DNA of 64,000 nucleotides from Amoebidium appalachense (GCA_963693365.1 CAVNZM010000013.1:5260640-5324639); one strand, 5' to 3'; positions 27,846 through 56,187 are shown, counted from the first letter of the stretch. Program-made: numbers and translations. Notes: generated by a model not told the origin, from the sequence alone.

Positions 27846-28232
27846 TTTTTTTCTTTTGACTGGATTTATTCGACGGAAAGCTATGCAAGTATGCACGGCA
27901 TACTGAGAAGACAATAAAAACTTCACGAGTGATCCAGTAACAAGTGCATACTGAGATACCTGAACACTGTGTGAAAATCATATAAATACTCAATGTGACG
28001 ACCAACAGAATTCAACAAAAAGTCTAAAGTGTTCACATTGCCAGCTAGTGTAGCAGACACCCGTAGGGAAAGAGGTAAAACGCGACATAAAAACTCACAC
28101 CTATCAACATGCTTGCGATTAAAAAGTTCAGCACAAAAGTGGCACCAGCGGCGATGAAAACAAGAATTACAGCGCCACTGCACAACTTCCCAGGCAATAT
28201 CAACATCAGAGCACCATAAAGACATATCTAGT
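27846..28232 (-). repeat. Dispersed ~380-bp repeat, copy 2 (inverted relative to copy 1)
   Basis: Reverse complement of 22751-23130; ends aataaatccagtcaaaagaaaaaaa. Confidence 0.85.
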
Positions 28233-28303
28233 AAACTGTATAAGCACAAGCTTATTTGAGAATGAATTGGGGCAGTCAGGTCTGAGTATCTGAAGTCAAC
28301 CAG

Positions 28304-28495
28304 ACTTTCACTTCGATCTCTTAGCTGTCACGTCAACTTTTTTCCCGATTCTTCACCATGGCAGGTATATAAAGGCTTTCGTTTCTTCTTTTTGTGACTT
28401 CACTTTCACTTCGATCTCTTAGCTGTCACGTCAACCTTTTTTCCCGATTCTTCACCATGGCAGGTATATAAAGGCTTTCGTTTCTTCTTTTTGTG
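28304..28495 (+). repeat. Near-perfect tandem duplication of a ~93-bp unit, each copy containing TATATAAA
   Basis: Copies 28304-28396 and 28402-28495 differ only around the T-run after gtcaac. Confidence 0.9.
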
Positions 28496-29351
28496 GTTGG
28501 AGGGAGTCCCACTCAGGGGAACGTAACTGCAGCGTGTGTGTGGTGTGGCCTGGTGTATTCCTACTGCTGTGAGAGTGTGGGGGCATCTCCCTTTCGCGGA
28601 GTTTCTCGCTTGAGAAGTGTTTTCTTCAACGCCTGGTGGTCCACTGCAACATATGGTAACTTCTACACGCTGTCTACGCTTCTACGCGACCTATTGGCGG
28701 TGGGCTGCTGCAACTTCTTCAGCTACTTCTGTGCTGCGTGAGTGGAGGGGCGGCTACTTGGTCGTCGGGGAGCTTTCCAAGTGACTGCCAGTCCTTAGCC
28801 TCCAGTCGAATGGCAATGACCGGGTTTGCTTGCAAGCATTATGTAATTATGTTTTTCTGTGTGTCCTGCCACAACTAGGCCACCTTATCAGAGAGCTAGA
28901 TGCAGTTTCTCCGGATTATCTAGGGGCCGGGCCCGTTGAGATTGTTTTTTAGCTCAGATTTGGTCTGCATTTCTCTTTTAGAGGCTGACTTGCTTGCTAT
29001 GCCTCGATAGGTTTTGAGGGGGGCCTGTTGAGAAGGAGCAGTAATGATGTCTTCTAGATCTTGCGGAGTGTGGTCTGGTCAACATCGATGCATATGACAA
29101 GTTGGAGCAAACTAGTTTCACGCATACACGTACACTTAAGGTTTTGCCCGCTGGTGTCCTTTGTCACTTGTCGCTTTATTTTTATTTCGTAGCTTTGGCT
29201 TTTTCAGTTCTATTGGTGGTTATGTAGCCTGTGGCTGCACGTTGCCTTCATCAGCGGATCAATAAACCCGAGTCAAAAGAAAACCAGACTTTCCGGAAGG
29301 AATCCTTTTTGATCTAGGTGATCACACTATTTTGATTGGTTTATCTAAATT

Positions 29352-29363
29352 TTTGGCGCCAAA
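29352..29363. promoter_or_regulatory. Palindromic double E2F site TTTGGCGCCAAA, ~400 bp upstream of HAUS3
   Basis: Matches the E2F consensus TTTSSCGC on both strands, upstream of a mitotic spindle gene. Function is inferred. Confidence 0.5.
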
Positions 29364-29766
29364 CTCCCGAGGTTCATGTCATGTACTTGAACCGTAGGCT
29401 ACTGGCGAGTTTGCACACGGCTTGGCAAGAAGTAGTAACGCAGTTTCAACGTCCCTTCTTCTTCTCTCTTTTCCAACGCCGAAGCAATTGTAGCTTTTTT
29501 TTTCATGGAAGTAGAAAGTGATCCCTCTTCAGCGCACATTTACTGTGACGTGATAAGCTACGTAAGGCTCGTAGGCTAAAACATCCTGCCTCTGTAACGA
29601 ACAAACCAACAAACTATTAAGTACGCTATGCACATAATAATAGTTAAATTGAATACGGATAGATAAATTTGTACTTGTGTTCTTCTATACAATAATTATA
29701 GGTTTTACACCTGGCTTTCCTGTGGGAAATTTCGTTAGCATTCTGTGGGCATACACAAGCCAAAAC

Positions 29767-45325
<15,559 letters not shown>

Positions 45326-46057
45326 GAGGGTTGGATTAACTTTTTAAATTACTGTATTAACACGTAATTAGTTGTGTATTTGTATATATTGGAACAAACG
45401 AATGTATAGCATGGGTATATATCTTCAAGTATTGACCAGTATGGATGTTCATTTTGGTCTCACCCCTAACCACCACCAACAATATATGCTGAACACGTAT
45501 ATAGAACGTGGACCACTTTTGGTCCATATCGAAATGGGTTATACCTATATTTTTGACTCACCATAGTATCATAGTACCATGAAAAGTGATGGAACCAAAA
45601 GATTGCTAGAAATAGTGCAGGATTCCGGAATATCCGAGAAGGCACAGAGGAAAGAAACATGATGTATTGATATCATGATCTGTCTATTACACTTGACTGT
45701 ACCCTTATGTGTCCTTTTTGCCCGTTTGATGAACATGAAAGCCACATTTATTTGGATTTGTCTTATGATAGTTGGTTATAAATATTGATGACTCTATAGT
45801 ATCCAACTCTATTATTTAATTTTGGTACAAGACACCAAACTCAGGGTGCTGGTATCTCAAAAAAAGGACCATCACTAGTACTCCTACAATCAATACAATT
45901 GATTTAAGTTGCTGCTAATTTATTGTTTAGCGCAAGCCCCCCCCCCCCCCCCCCCCCCCCCTCCTCCCACACACACATACACACATGCGCGCGCACACAC
46001 ACATGCACAAGTACACACACACATTCCCCTGAATTTCTTTGGGAGATTTAAATCATT

Positions 46058-46159
46058 CAAAAAGTATGGGAAAATTCCCATGGGCAAACGTTTTTCGGTG
46101 GTAAGCAATTTCGAACATGTCTGTCTGGTCAGTCACTGAGCATACACACACGTGCACAT

Positions 46160-46227
<68 letters not shown>

Positions 46228-46280
46228 CACGCACGTGACGCACGCACGAGCGCACGCACGCACGCACACACACACGCACA

Positions 46281-46322
<42 letters not shown>

Positions 46323-46428
46323 CACGCACGTCAAAAAGTTTGGGGAAATTCCCATGGGCAAACGTTTTTCGGTGGTAAGCAATTTCGAACATGTCTGGTC
46401 AGTCTCTGAGCACACACACACGTGCACA
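46058..46428 (+). repeat. Direct repeat of ~100 bp (caaaaagt.tggg.aaattcccatgggcaaacgtttttcggtggtaagcaatttcgaacatgtctg...) separated by (CA)n
   Basis: Copies at ~46058-46158 and ~46332-46428. Confidence 0.88.
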
Positions 46429-46437
46429 CGATGCACG

Positions 46438-46470
<33 letters not shown>

Positions 46471-47144
46471 GCACGCGCACACACACATGCACGTACACCA
46501 GGGCCTCCTGTTGTATCTAGGAGGCCTTGACGTACACACACTGAGACCAGGTGTCAGCCTACAGTACACGAGGACATGATCATGATAAAATTTTGGCCGC
46601 CCAGCAAAGGCCAAAATCTTTGTTTTTTTTGATAGCTCAGCCAATCACAATTGTTACAGAGCGCGTTGTTCTACGAATCTTGATATTTGCAGAGGTTATA
46701 GAGCACGTTGTTCTACAAAGTTTGTCCCGTTAATTGCCGCAACTTTTCTCCTGCGGAAAAAACAAACACCTACGCATAAAACGTGCGATGGCCCCTCTTC
46801 TTGTTAAGCTGTGTTCGCTCTCCCAGCAACCAACACCAACATGGTCGTGCCCCATAACTTTCTAACTCTTTCTGTGGCCCTTCTGTGCGCCTGCGCGGTG
46901 GCCACGCGCGGCCGTCTTCCGAGGAGTTTTGCCACGTCATGAGCCTTGGGGGGTTTACGCTGTTTACTCGAGGCAAAGAGAACCAGTCTCAGGTATGGGG
47001 GGGGGGGGTTTGCTCGGAATATCCCCTCAGCGGTATATCATGATCACGTACATAGATGTCGGGTGGTGACTATATATCAGGGTTTACTTTCTCTACGAGA
47101 CACCATAAAGACTACAAGGAGAAATCAATTAGTTGGGGTTCCCC

Positions 47145-47192
<48 letters not shown>

Positions 47193-47224
47193 GGGCTCCC
47201 CTCGGGACACTCGGTATCAGCTGG

Positions 47225-47289
<65 letters not shown>

Positions 47290-47722
47290 TGTGTGTGTGT
47301 GCGCGTGCGCTATAATTTTGTAGTGATGTGTTTCTCAAGCCAATCAATACATCTAATAAACAGGTCGTAGTTACGCGTGTTTAGTATAAAATCAAGGATG
47401 TTGTAATTTACAGGTAGGCTATCTTTCTGGGTGTCTGTTGTGAATGTGACGTGTGTGTGTTGCGGTATTATGTGGTCTATCAAACTACATTTGGCGATAC
47501 ATGACCGGTTAAACTGGTGTGTGTGTGTGTTGTTTGGGCATGCAAATGATGCCACCTTATACTTATTAGATCTCCACTGTATAGCACGTGTACAGTAAAA
47601 GCGTGGTAATTGATCAATAATACCATCAGCTAGAGAAAGACCAGTTCTACAGGAAGGTAATATGTATTTAGGTGTTATACACTTGCGAGTGCCATATTTG
47701 GCAATATGGTTGAGGCGGTCAG

Positions 47723-47733
47723 TATATATAAAA
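47723..47733 (+). promoter_or_regulatory. TATA box (TATATATAAAA) upstream of the repeat-peptide precursor ATG at 47764
   Basis: Directly visible, about 30 nt before the ATG of a hydrophobic leader. Confidence 0.5.
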
Positions 47734-47763
47734 CGAGACATAAGGCTTAGTTTTTCAAGGTGT

Positions 47764-48458
47764 ATGCTTTCATCGGGTCTAGTGTCGTGTGGTATCTTTT
47801 TCCATTTGTTACATTGTGTGATTATCTCCATGACTCAATCCAACATGCTGTTGATCTCGACCGCGCCGCGGGTAGGCTCAAGAAAGTCCGTGCTCTGTTA
47901 AGGAAAGATGTCGGTGACGGTGAGGAATGTGACTATGTAAATGAATGAAAACATAACACGAACTGAGAAGATCTTACAATATGTAGATACTACGTATTAC
48001 AACAGAATGGGGAGAGTACAAGAGAAGAACCCCGGACGATTTAGACATAGGTCATGGTTTGCGCGCGGAAAGATGCCGGCAAGAGAAGGGACAGTTACGA
48101 CCCACCACCCGCGTGGTTCAACATGAGGAAAGATGCCGGCAACAGAAGGGACAGTTACGACCCACCACCCGCGTGGTTCAACATGAGGAAAGATGCCGGT
48201 AACAGAAGGAACAGTTACGACCCACCATCTGCGTGGTTCAACATGGGGAAAGATGCCGGCAAGAGAAGGGACAGTAACTGTTATGACCCACCACCCGCGT
48301 GGTTCAACATGAGGAAAGATGCCGGCAAGAGAAGGGACAGTTACGACCCACCACCCGCGTGGTTTAACCTGCGAAAAGATGCCGGCAACGACGAGGAGTG
48401 GGGAGAGTACAAGAGAGACAGCCGGGACAGTGTAGACGCAGCGTACAACTTGTGGTAG
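47764..48458 (+). CDS. Candidate secreted multi-copy peptide precursor (Kex2/prohormone-convertase type): 5 x DSYDPPPAWFNM-like cores flanked by (K/N)RR and RK(DAG)
   Basis: The ORF 48054-48458 holds the repeats. The leader from ATG 47764 (MLSSGLVSCGIFF...) joins it either by one intron 47872-48050 (intact 171-aa model), or by intron 47920-48005 plus small frameshifts. Several repeat differences are synonymous or in-frame on this strand. Repeat region is solid; the N-terminal structure is uncertain. Confidence 0.72.
48067..48388 (+). repeat. 60-bp coding tandem repeat, 5 full units (one with a 6-nt insertion) plus a partial unit
   Basis: Units start at 48067, 48127, 48187, 48247 (66 nt) and 48313; partial unit from 48373. 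Confidence 0.95.
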
Positions 48459-49302
48459 CCGGGCTCCCAGCAGCAATGTATATGTCATGTGTATGGTGAT
48501 AAGTGGGGCCCCCGGTACCAAAGAGGTGGACACGCCTGGAGAGGAGCCACTAGGTAGAAAGTTTGGAAGTGTGGGACTCTGTATGTCTCAGTATGACAGT
48601 CTATAGAATTTTAGCTTGAGCTTTAGACTGCCAGGTTTTAATTCCTCTTTAAGAAGGTACGGTCACGCTCCGTTATCGACTTGAAGCTAACCTGTCAGTG
48701 TTCTGGATATCAGAGTGTTCATGTAGTGCTTGCATATGGTTGTGTGTTATGGCTTTCGGGTCCGGAGCAGATTATGAGCAAATCTGGTACATTTCCAGTT
48801 AGTGGGCCCTGTGGCCGCCAAACCAGATCTGTACATGTCGAGCTCGTCGGATGGTCTAATCAATAATTTTAAACGTCTACATGGCACACCTTTTTATTGC
48901 TTGATCATGTCCCACCATTCGACGCTGGAATCCGCAAAAAAAGCAGGCAAAGATGCTTTTCTTTTAGAACCTGATTCTGCTTTCAGATTGCGCATGCGTG
49001 ACCCCCCCCCTCCCCCCCCCCCTCCTCCCTCCTGTTGGAGTGCAGACTTACGCTCACTCCACAATATGTGTATGTTAGCTTTACAATTGGTTCCGTGTAC
49101 ACAGACACACGCTGACACTCGATCACCACATGCACATCTGCATAGTTGAGGAATGTTGCCAATTGTGTTTTGACTGCAAACGATTGGTTCACTGGTCCCA
49201 GAGATCTCTAAATGAAAGTAACCAATCCGATTAGCACCTGGCATCCGGATTACATTCCAGACTGCTGCCCCACGGGTATATAAGCCACGTCTCTGCCAGG
49301 TG

Positions 49303-49393
49303 CAGTCATGGAGTTCAGTCATGGAGTTCAGTCATGGAGTTCAGTCATGGAGTTAAGTCATGGAGTTAAGTCATGGAGTTCAGTCATGGAGTT
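49303..49393 (+). repeat. 13-bp tandem repeat (c/a)agtcATGgagtt x7, directly downstream of CCAAT (49222) and TATATAA (49277)
   Basis: Directly visible; ATGs at 49308, 49321, 49334, 49347, 49360, 49373 and 49386. Confidence 0.92.
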
Positions 49394-49477
49394 AACACAC
49401 TGAAAGCAGTAAAAAACGGGTCAGCGCCCAAGCGCGCCACGACGACCCTAGTCACAGCGGACTCTACTTCCAACACC

Positions 49478-49520
<43 letters not shown>

Positions 49521-50769
49521 TAGACACACACACACACACACACACTCACACTCACACTCACTATACACGTCACACAAATATATGCACATATACACCCACC
49601 CACACACCACCACCACCACCACCACAAATCCAAAGCAACTGAAACATTAGGCCCTTGAATTCGAAAAGCTAAGACTCACGTTCCCATGCACCGGGCCCTA
49701 TCACCGAAACGCTACTGCAGCAAATAAACACATGCACGTCCACCAAAACCACACAGTCGCGCACACCCACCCAACTTCCGAATCCCACACATACACATGA
49801 AGCACATACTCGTGCTTACAAAGCCACACACACGCACACGCACACGTACACACACACACACACACCGTGCCACGATCGCATGCATATGACAAGTTTCCAT
49901 CACCGCTTTCACTGACATAATATCTACATAATATCTTGAACATGCCTATAATATAGCACATTTGTGCCACGTGGAGTACACATCACATTCATGCACGACA
50001 TTCACTGTCAAAGCGGTTTGAAGCCTTGTCGTCCCATGGCCAAAACCAGGCAACTTGTATGCTGCAACTTGTACTGCGGCACCGTAATATGCACATGAAT
50101 CTATGTTTATATGTAAAAACCTGTTGTATTGTTGCAAATGAACATGTGGTTGTGTGGTTGGCTCAAGTGAAGAAATATGCCCACACTAACCATACGCCTG
50201 GGGGCTAACCGATAACCACCCACTTACTGTAACAGAATTTCTGGGTGGATTGATATAAAAAGACATTAACAAATTCGATGAAAAACGTTGTCATACGTGT
50301 GATGGTAAATTGTATAAGCACCATCCATGAACGCACCAATGAGACGAGCGTGACATGAAGGAAAATAAAACTTAATAATTAAATTTGAATCAAGTACCGT
50401 ATGACATGCCTAGATATGAGGTAAATACATGAACAACCCGGTTCTACATCTGTATTCAACTATTTCCTTATGTGAAACGGGCCTTGAAATGCTTGAAAAA
50501 TAACTAAAGAAAGACACCCTAGTCTACTACATACATACTTCATATATACTTTTACCACCTACGCTTCTACTCAATACATACTTAAACACTAACTATCAAC
50601 AAATCGAACGGCATAATACTCTTGTGTCTCAGCCTGTGTGCCTCTACGTCATACCACGTGCAATATGCATACATGCCTCTACACGTGTGTGCACCCATGT
50701 ATTCGTCTCCTTGACCACACTATTCACAGGTGTATTGTTTTTTTTTTTTTTCAGCCTCAGGTAGGAAAA

Positions 50770-50801
<32 letters not shown>

Positions 50802-51072
50802 AGAAGAGAGAGACTGGGGAAATGTGTGCATGTGGACTTCTTAATGCACTTCTTGTTTGTGTCTGTGTGCGCACCGTGTGTGTGCAAACATGTCTGTGTG
50901 TGTGTGTGTGTGCACGAGCGTGTGCGCGTGCGCCTGCGTATGCCTTTGTGTGTGTGTGTGTGTTCCCGCACGCGCTTGCGTTCCCCTTGTGTATGCATGT
51001 ACAGATGTTTGTGTGTGTGTGCATATGGGTATAACACATACACATACTACCAATCCATCTCCAAAGAGCCCC

Positions 51073-51625
51073 TTAAAACGGTCTATACCCGGACATCGTA
51101 AGCATCCAAATTGCCGCTGCCACGCTCAATAGAGCCCACGACAGCCCATCCACCCTTTGCAACCTCCTCCTCTCAGACTCTCTCAACTGCTCCTGCAAAC
51201 GTACACATTCTTCCACAGTCGCGTTTTCAAAGTTCACCCCCGCCCATGTTCTCTCCCCCTGACTGCCTACGTCCGTGTTTCGTCTTTGCGCATGTGCGGT
51301 GTATGTGTCGGTGGAGGTGGTGGTGGCGGCGATAGTGGTGTTGGTGTTGGTGGGGGTGGAGGGCAGAGATTGTGGTGATGGTGGTTCTGGTGGGCTGGGT
51401 TCGTTTTCGGGTGATGGTGGTGTTGGTGTTTGGGCAGGTGGTGGTGGTGGTGGTGGTGGCGGTGTGGAGGAGACGGTTTGCGTGTCTGAGGTTGGGTCGA
51501 TAGGAGACGTTGGTGGCTCGGAATCAGATACCGGTGGTGGGGTGGTGGTGGTGGTTTGGTCTGGGGATGATGGTTGCTCGTCTGTGTGATGGGAAGAGTG
51601 GTGATGATTAGTTGGCGGGGGGGAA

Positions 51626-51689
<64 letters not shown>

Positions 51690-51759
51690 TGCTACATGGA
51701 AATAGGCTTGTTTATGTTTGTGTGTGCGTGTGCGTGTGCGTGTGCGTGTGCGTGTGCGT

Positions 51760-51796
<37 letters not shown>

Positions 51797-53357
51797 CATG
51801 TGTGTGTGCGCGCGGGGGGGCACGGGGGGGGGGGGGGGGGGGGGATCTGCAAATGTGTGTATAAGGTGTGTGTGCTCTATGGGGAAAGTGTGTGTACGCA
51901 AATGTGCATGGGGAGTGTGGGCAAGCGTGCAAGTACACGTGGAGCAGTATGTTTACATATTAGCACGTACCACAGAGCACTGTGGGGTATCCAACAGACC
52001 CTGCCTCCCTTCACCCATCCACACTTGCCCATACATCCACCCAACTTAACTTACCCCAACAAACATCAGCAAACAACCCCCCCCCTCCCTTACCAGGCAC
52101 AAAAGCAACACACACCCCATAATACCCCCCACCAACACCCTGTTGTTACATGTGCATTCTGTAGCCAAAGATAACAGGAACAAATTATCAAGGCCAAAGG
52201 GCAAAGAAGCGACAACCATTGTTCACGCCATTAATCTAAAAGTGGGGTGAATGGTTCAGGAGCCAATGCCTACTTTCTATTCCAAAATAGCGCTTGTTGG
52301 CTGTGTCTGACTTCAAAGGACTTAAACCGAAAAGACTCCCGGCCAAAACCTTTTGTCAAATAATGAAACAAAACGAAGAGTTCCCCTTTTTTAGAAAGTC
52401 ATAATATAACGAGGAGAAATAATCTAACACGATGAAGAAAAAGCAAAAAAGGCAACCCCACCTGGTGTAAGTTGGTAAAAACCCCAGCCCACGCACGCCG
52501 CCGCCGCCACCGCAACCGCCAAAAGTGCAGCGGTGTGGCTACCATGGTCCCCCAATACTCCGTACCTGGGGGGAACACTTGCACTTTCGGGCGCAAATTG
52601 CGCACTGCATGTGTTCACGTGTCAGCAAGATGTGTCTGGTGTGTGTGTGTGTGTGTGTGTGCGGCGGGGGGAAGAAAGGGGCCGGGGGGGGGGGGGGGGG
52701 GGGGGAGGGGGGGGGGGGGGGGGGGGGGGAGGGGGGGGGGGGGGGGGGGTCTTCTCAAATGTGTTATTCCAGGGGATGGGGAGGATAAACTAAAGCAAGT
52801 AGATGTACATGTGTTGATAAGGAACTGCTGTTGCCCGTGTTTGTGCCAGGGCTCATGATAAAGTTGAAGAGCTCTATGTTGATCTTATTAGGAAGAGGTC
52901 CCTTTTTGTATGAAAAGGGCCAAAGACAGCATGCATTATCGGAAGGGAGGAGAGGGGGGGGGGGGGGGGGGAGGGAAGGGGGAGGGGGGGGGGGGGGGGG
53001 GGGGGGGGATATGCTGCAATAGGGGAAAACATGAAAAGCATGGTCATTGAAAAACAAAAGAACAACAAAGTACGAAGACAAAAACGACAGGGGAAAAAAA
53101 AAATAACCGTGAAGGTTACTGCTGAGCAAAGGTCGGGCGTGCGCGGGGGAGGGGGGGGGGGGAGCAATGGGAGATGCAGAATCCAAGAGAAGCAAACATG
53201 GGGAGCCCCTCTTCTGCCAAGTCGGCTAAAACTACAACAGCACAGAATGGGGGGAAAGGATGAGGGAGGAGTGGAAGGGGTAAGGGGAGATAGAGAGAGG
53301 GGGAAGGAGAAAGGAGGACAGGCGGACGGAGGGAAAAAGCACGAGGGATGTGATAAG

Positions 53358-53415
<58 letters not shown>

Positions 53416-54034
53416 ACACACACTCCCGGGGCCCAAAAAGCACAAGCATTTTTTCATAGCCAGAAGAGGCAGAACGGATACCTGTTTGTGATGCAAATGC
53501 TGGGGGGTTCTGTTGCGATGCTGGCCAGATCATAGATGCCCTCCGATACACTGTGCTTGTTGGATCCCCCCTCCACACACACCACATCTGTGTAATGCCC
53601 AGCCAGTGAGAATTGGGACCCCCCCCCCCCCCCCCCCCCCCCCCGCGCACACAAAAAAAAAAAAAAAAAAAAAAAAAACCATCCACCTACACCCTCAAGA
53701 CCCATCTCTGAGCACTAAGCGGCACACCATGCCAGGCCCCCACGCACCCGGACACCACAAGCTCAACACACACACACACACATGCACAGACACACACACA
53801 CGTAAACACGCAGACACATTCGCCCACTCACATGCAACACACACACATAACACACACGCTACACCCAAACAAAAGCACTAGCACCTTTAACATTTAATAG
53901 ATGTCTCTAATGCCGTTTTTACCAAAAGGGTTTTATTTATCGTGTCTACAACTACATTATATGTTGAGAACTCGGATCTTGTCCGGGTCTAATCTAGAAC
54001 TGGCCAGGTATTGTAGCATGTAAGTCAATTGCCC

Positions 54035-54065
<31 letters not shown>

Positions 54066-55537
54066 ACACCACCACCACCACCACCACCAACCCACCCAGC
54101 CCCCGTTCAACCCCTCCGTGACATCCTTTGAGTGTCTATGTACGTCATATAAACGTCAAGCTGAGTATCTGACATGGCTTAGCAGGGTGCAGGCATCAGA
54201 CCGAGTTGTGTTTGTGTGTGTGTGTGAACGTGTGTGCTGGTGTGCCTGTGTATATGTAGTCTGTGTTTCTGTGTGTGTGTGAGCGTGTGTGCTGGTGTGT
54301 AGGCCTGTGTATATGTAGTCTGTGTTTGTGTGCAGCTTAGGTTCGCACGGCTGTGTGTGTGTGTGCGTGCAAGTGTACATATACATGCGCATGTGATGCA
54401 CCAGGGAAAAGGGGCTGGGGGGGGGGGGGGGAGGGGAGGGGGGTGGAGAAGGGATAACACGTAACCTGTATCAGCAATCGGGTAGCGCACGACCACGTCT
54501 CTGACCCGAACCGTAGCAATACCCGACCCGTTCTCCCACCTGTGCACCCACAGAGTGCCCGGCTGGCCTCCCCCCTCCACGTGCACCTCCACCTCTTCAA
54601 CTCGCCCACACCCCTGCCCGGGCCTACACCACACCTGTATCAGCATTCCGTACCCCCCCCCCCCCCCCCCCCCCCCCCCGCCCAAAAAAAACAACAAAAA
54701 AAAAACACCCACATACACACACATACCCTTGGCCCCCCTCCTCCTCCTCCTCCCCACCCCCCCACCCCCCTCCCCCCGAGGGGTTCAAACCTGCTACCTG
54801 CTTGCCTCCAACATCTCTCTCCAATCCCCTTTCCCCGTTTTCCCACCCATGTTTTTAGCTTTGATTTTTGGTTTCCCTCGACTGCTACACCGTTGCCTGT
54901 GCTTGATGCATGAGCCCGCGGTTGTTTAGGCCCTTGGAAATGCATTACCACGAAACTATGCTTGCTGTATATATGGCTTTCATCTTATTCAACATTCCAA
55001 CGTATTTTCACTATATTCCTTTTACAATCGTTTGCGTTTGTCTGAAGCACTCAAAAGCCTCTGTAACCCCTTGGGCTTGGGCAACCAGCGAGGGGGAGAG
55101 GGGACGGGGGGGAGAGTGGGAGGAGGGCAGTAGGAAAAAGGGAGTAGTGGGAAGGGGAAAAGGAGACAGAAAGTGTTACAGTGTACAAAGTACAAGTTCA
55201 CAACGGATACAGTGTACAAAGTACAAGTTCACAACGGACAACACAACACAGATATCGCAAGCACACACAGATTGCAGGAGGGGAAGGACCAGGGGGGGGG
55301 GGGGGGGTCCCAAACGGCCCTAGCTCCATGTCTTCTAAATACCCAATGACACGTGTTTGTGAGCACCAACATAAATCCTGCAAATATCATACCTGATCTC
55401 CGGTGTGTTGTCCAGCTGCACCTTTCCCTCCGTCAAGACAAACCCCAATCCTGGACCGCGAACATCGACCGTATCTGCAAACGCAACAAACCGAAAAAGA
55501 AAAAAAAAAAGAAAAAAAGAAGAAAGAAAAAAAAGGG

Positions 55538-55569
<32 letters not shown>

Positions 55570-56153
55570 TGTATGCATTAGAGGTTGGCAATTGGCAACC
55601 ATAGTAAGCAAAGACACTGAAATACTCACAAAGATCAAAAACCAGACCCAACACCACAACAATCAGGCAGAAAATACGTGAGCAAAACCGATCACGAGAG
55701 AGGTGCTCCTATGCCGCCACGAACGGACGGGAGACTTTGACCCCATGGGCACGGGGGGGGGGGGGGGGGGAGGGGGAATGAAAGCGAAGCCATCCAGAAA
55801 CCACAAACCACCAAACACACATCAGACACCAGATATCTGTGTAGGCAACAGGCATTTAAACTGAGACAGGGAGGACTCTTATGCCTCCGCATGTATAGGT
55901 GAGCGGGTTTTGGCTTTGATCTTTCATGTGTGCATGGCTTCCAACACTAACATTAACCCATCTCTCTACCTCTCTCAATCCACCTCTCTCTCTATATATA
56001 TATCTTTTTTCTTTGGGCCGCGGGAGGAGGGGAGGAAGGCCGGGAGGGGGAGAAGAGGGGGGACATGTCGCGAAAATATTGTAAGCCTGCCTTGTGTTTT
56101 GTTTCCTACACTATGACACTTCCGCACAATCCCCCCATAACACTTCCGCACAA

Positions 56154-56187
<34 letters not shown>

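Noticed and set aside
48067-48388. CRISPR array
   Set aside because: Units are contiguous with no unique spacers, vary in a codon-preserving way, and lie in a eukaryotic context with no cas genes.
47997-48533. 178-aa minus-strand repeat ORF (WWVVTVPSLAGIFPHVEPRG)
   Set aside because: Antisense shadow: changes that are silent on the plus strand alter residues here, and it starts at GTG.
48770-49000. Peptide-modifying enzyme next to the precursor
   Set aside because: Short open frames without HxxHC, BURP, peptidase or oxidase motifs and no supportable splice model.
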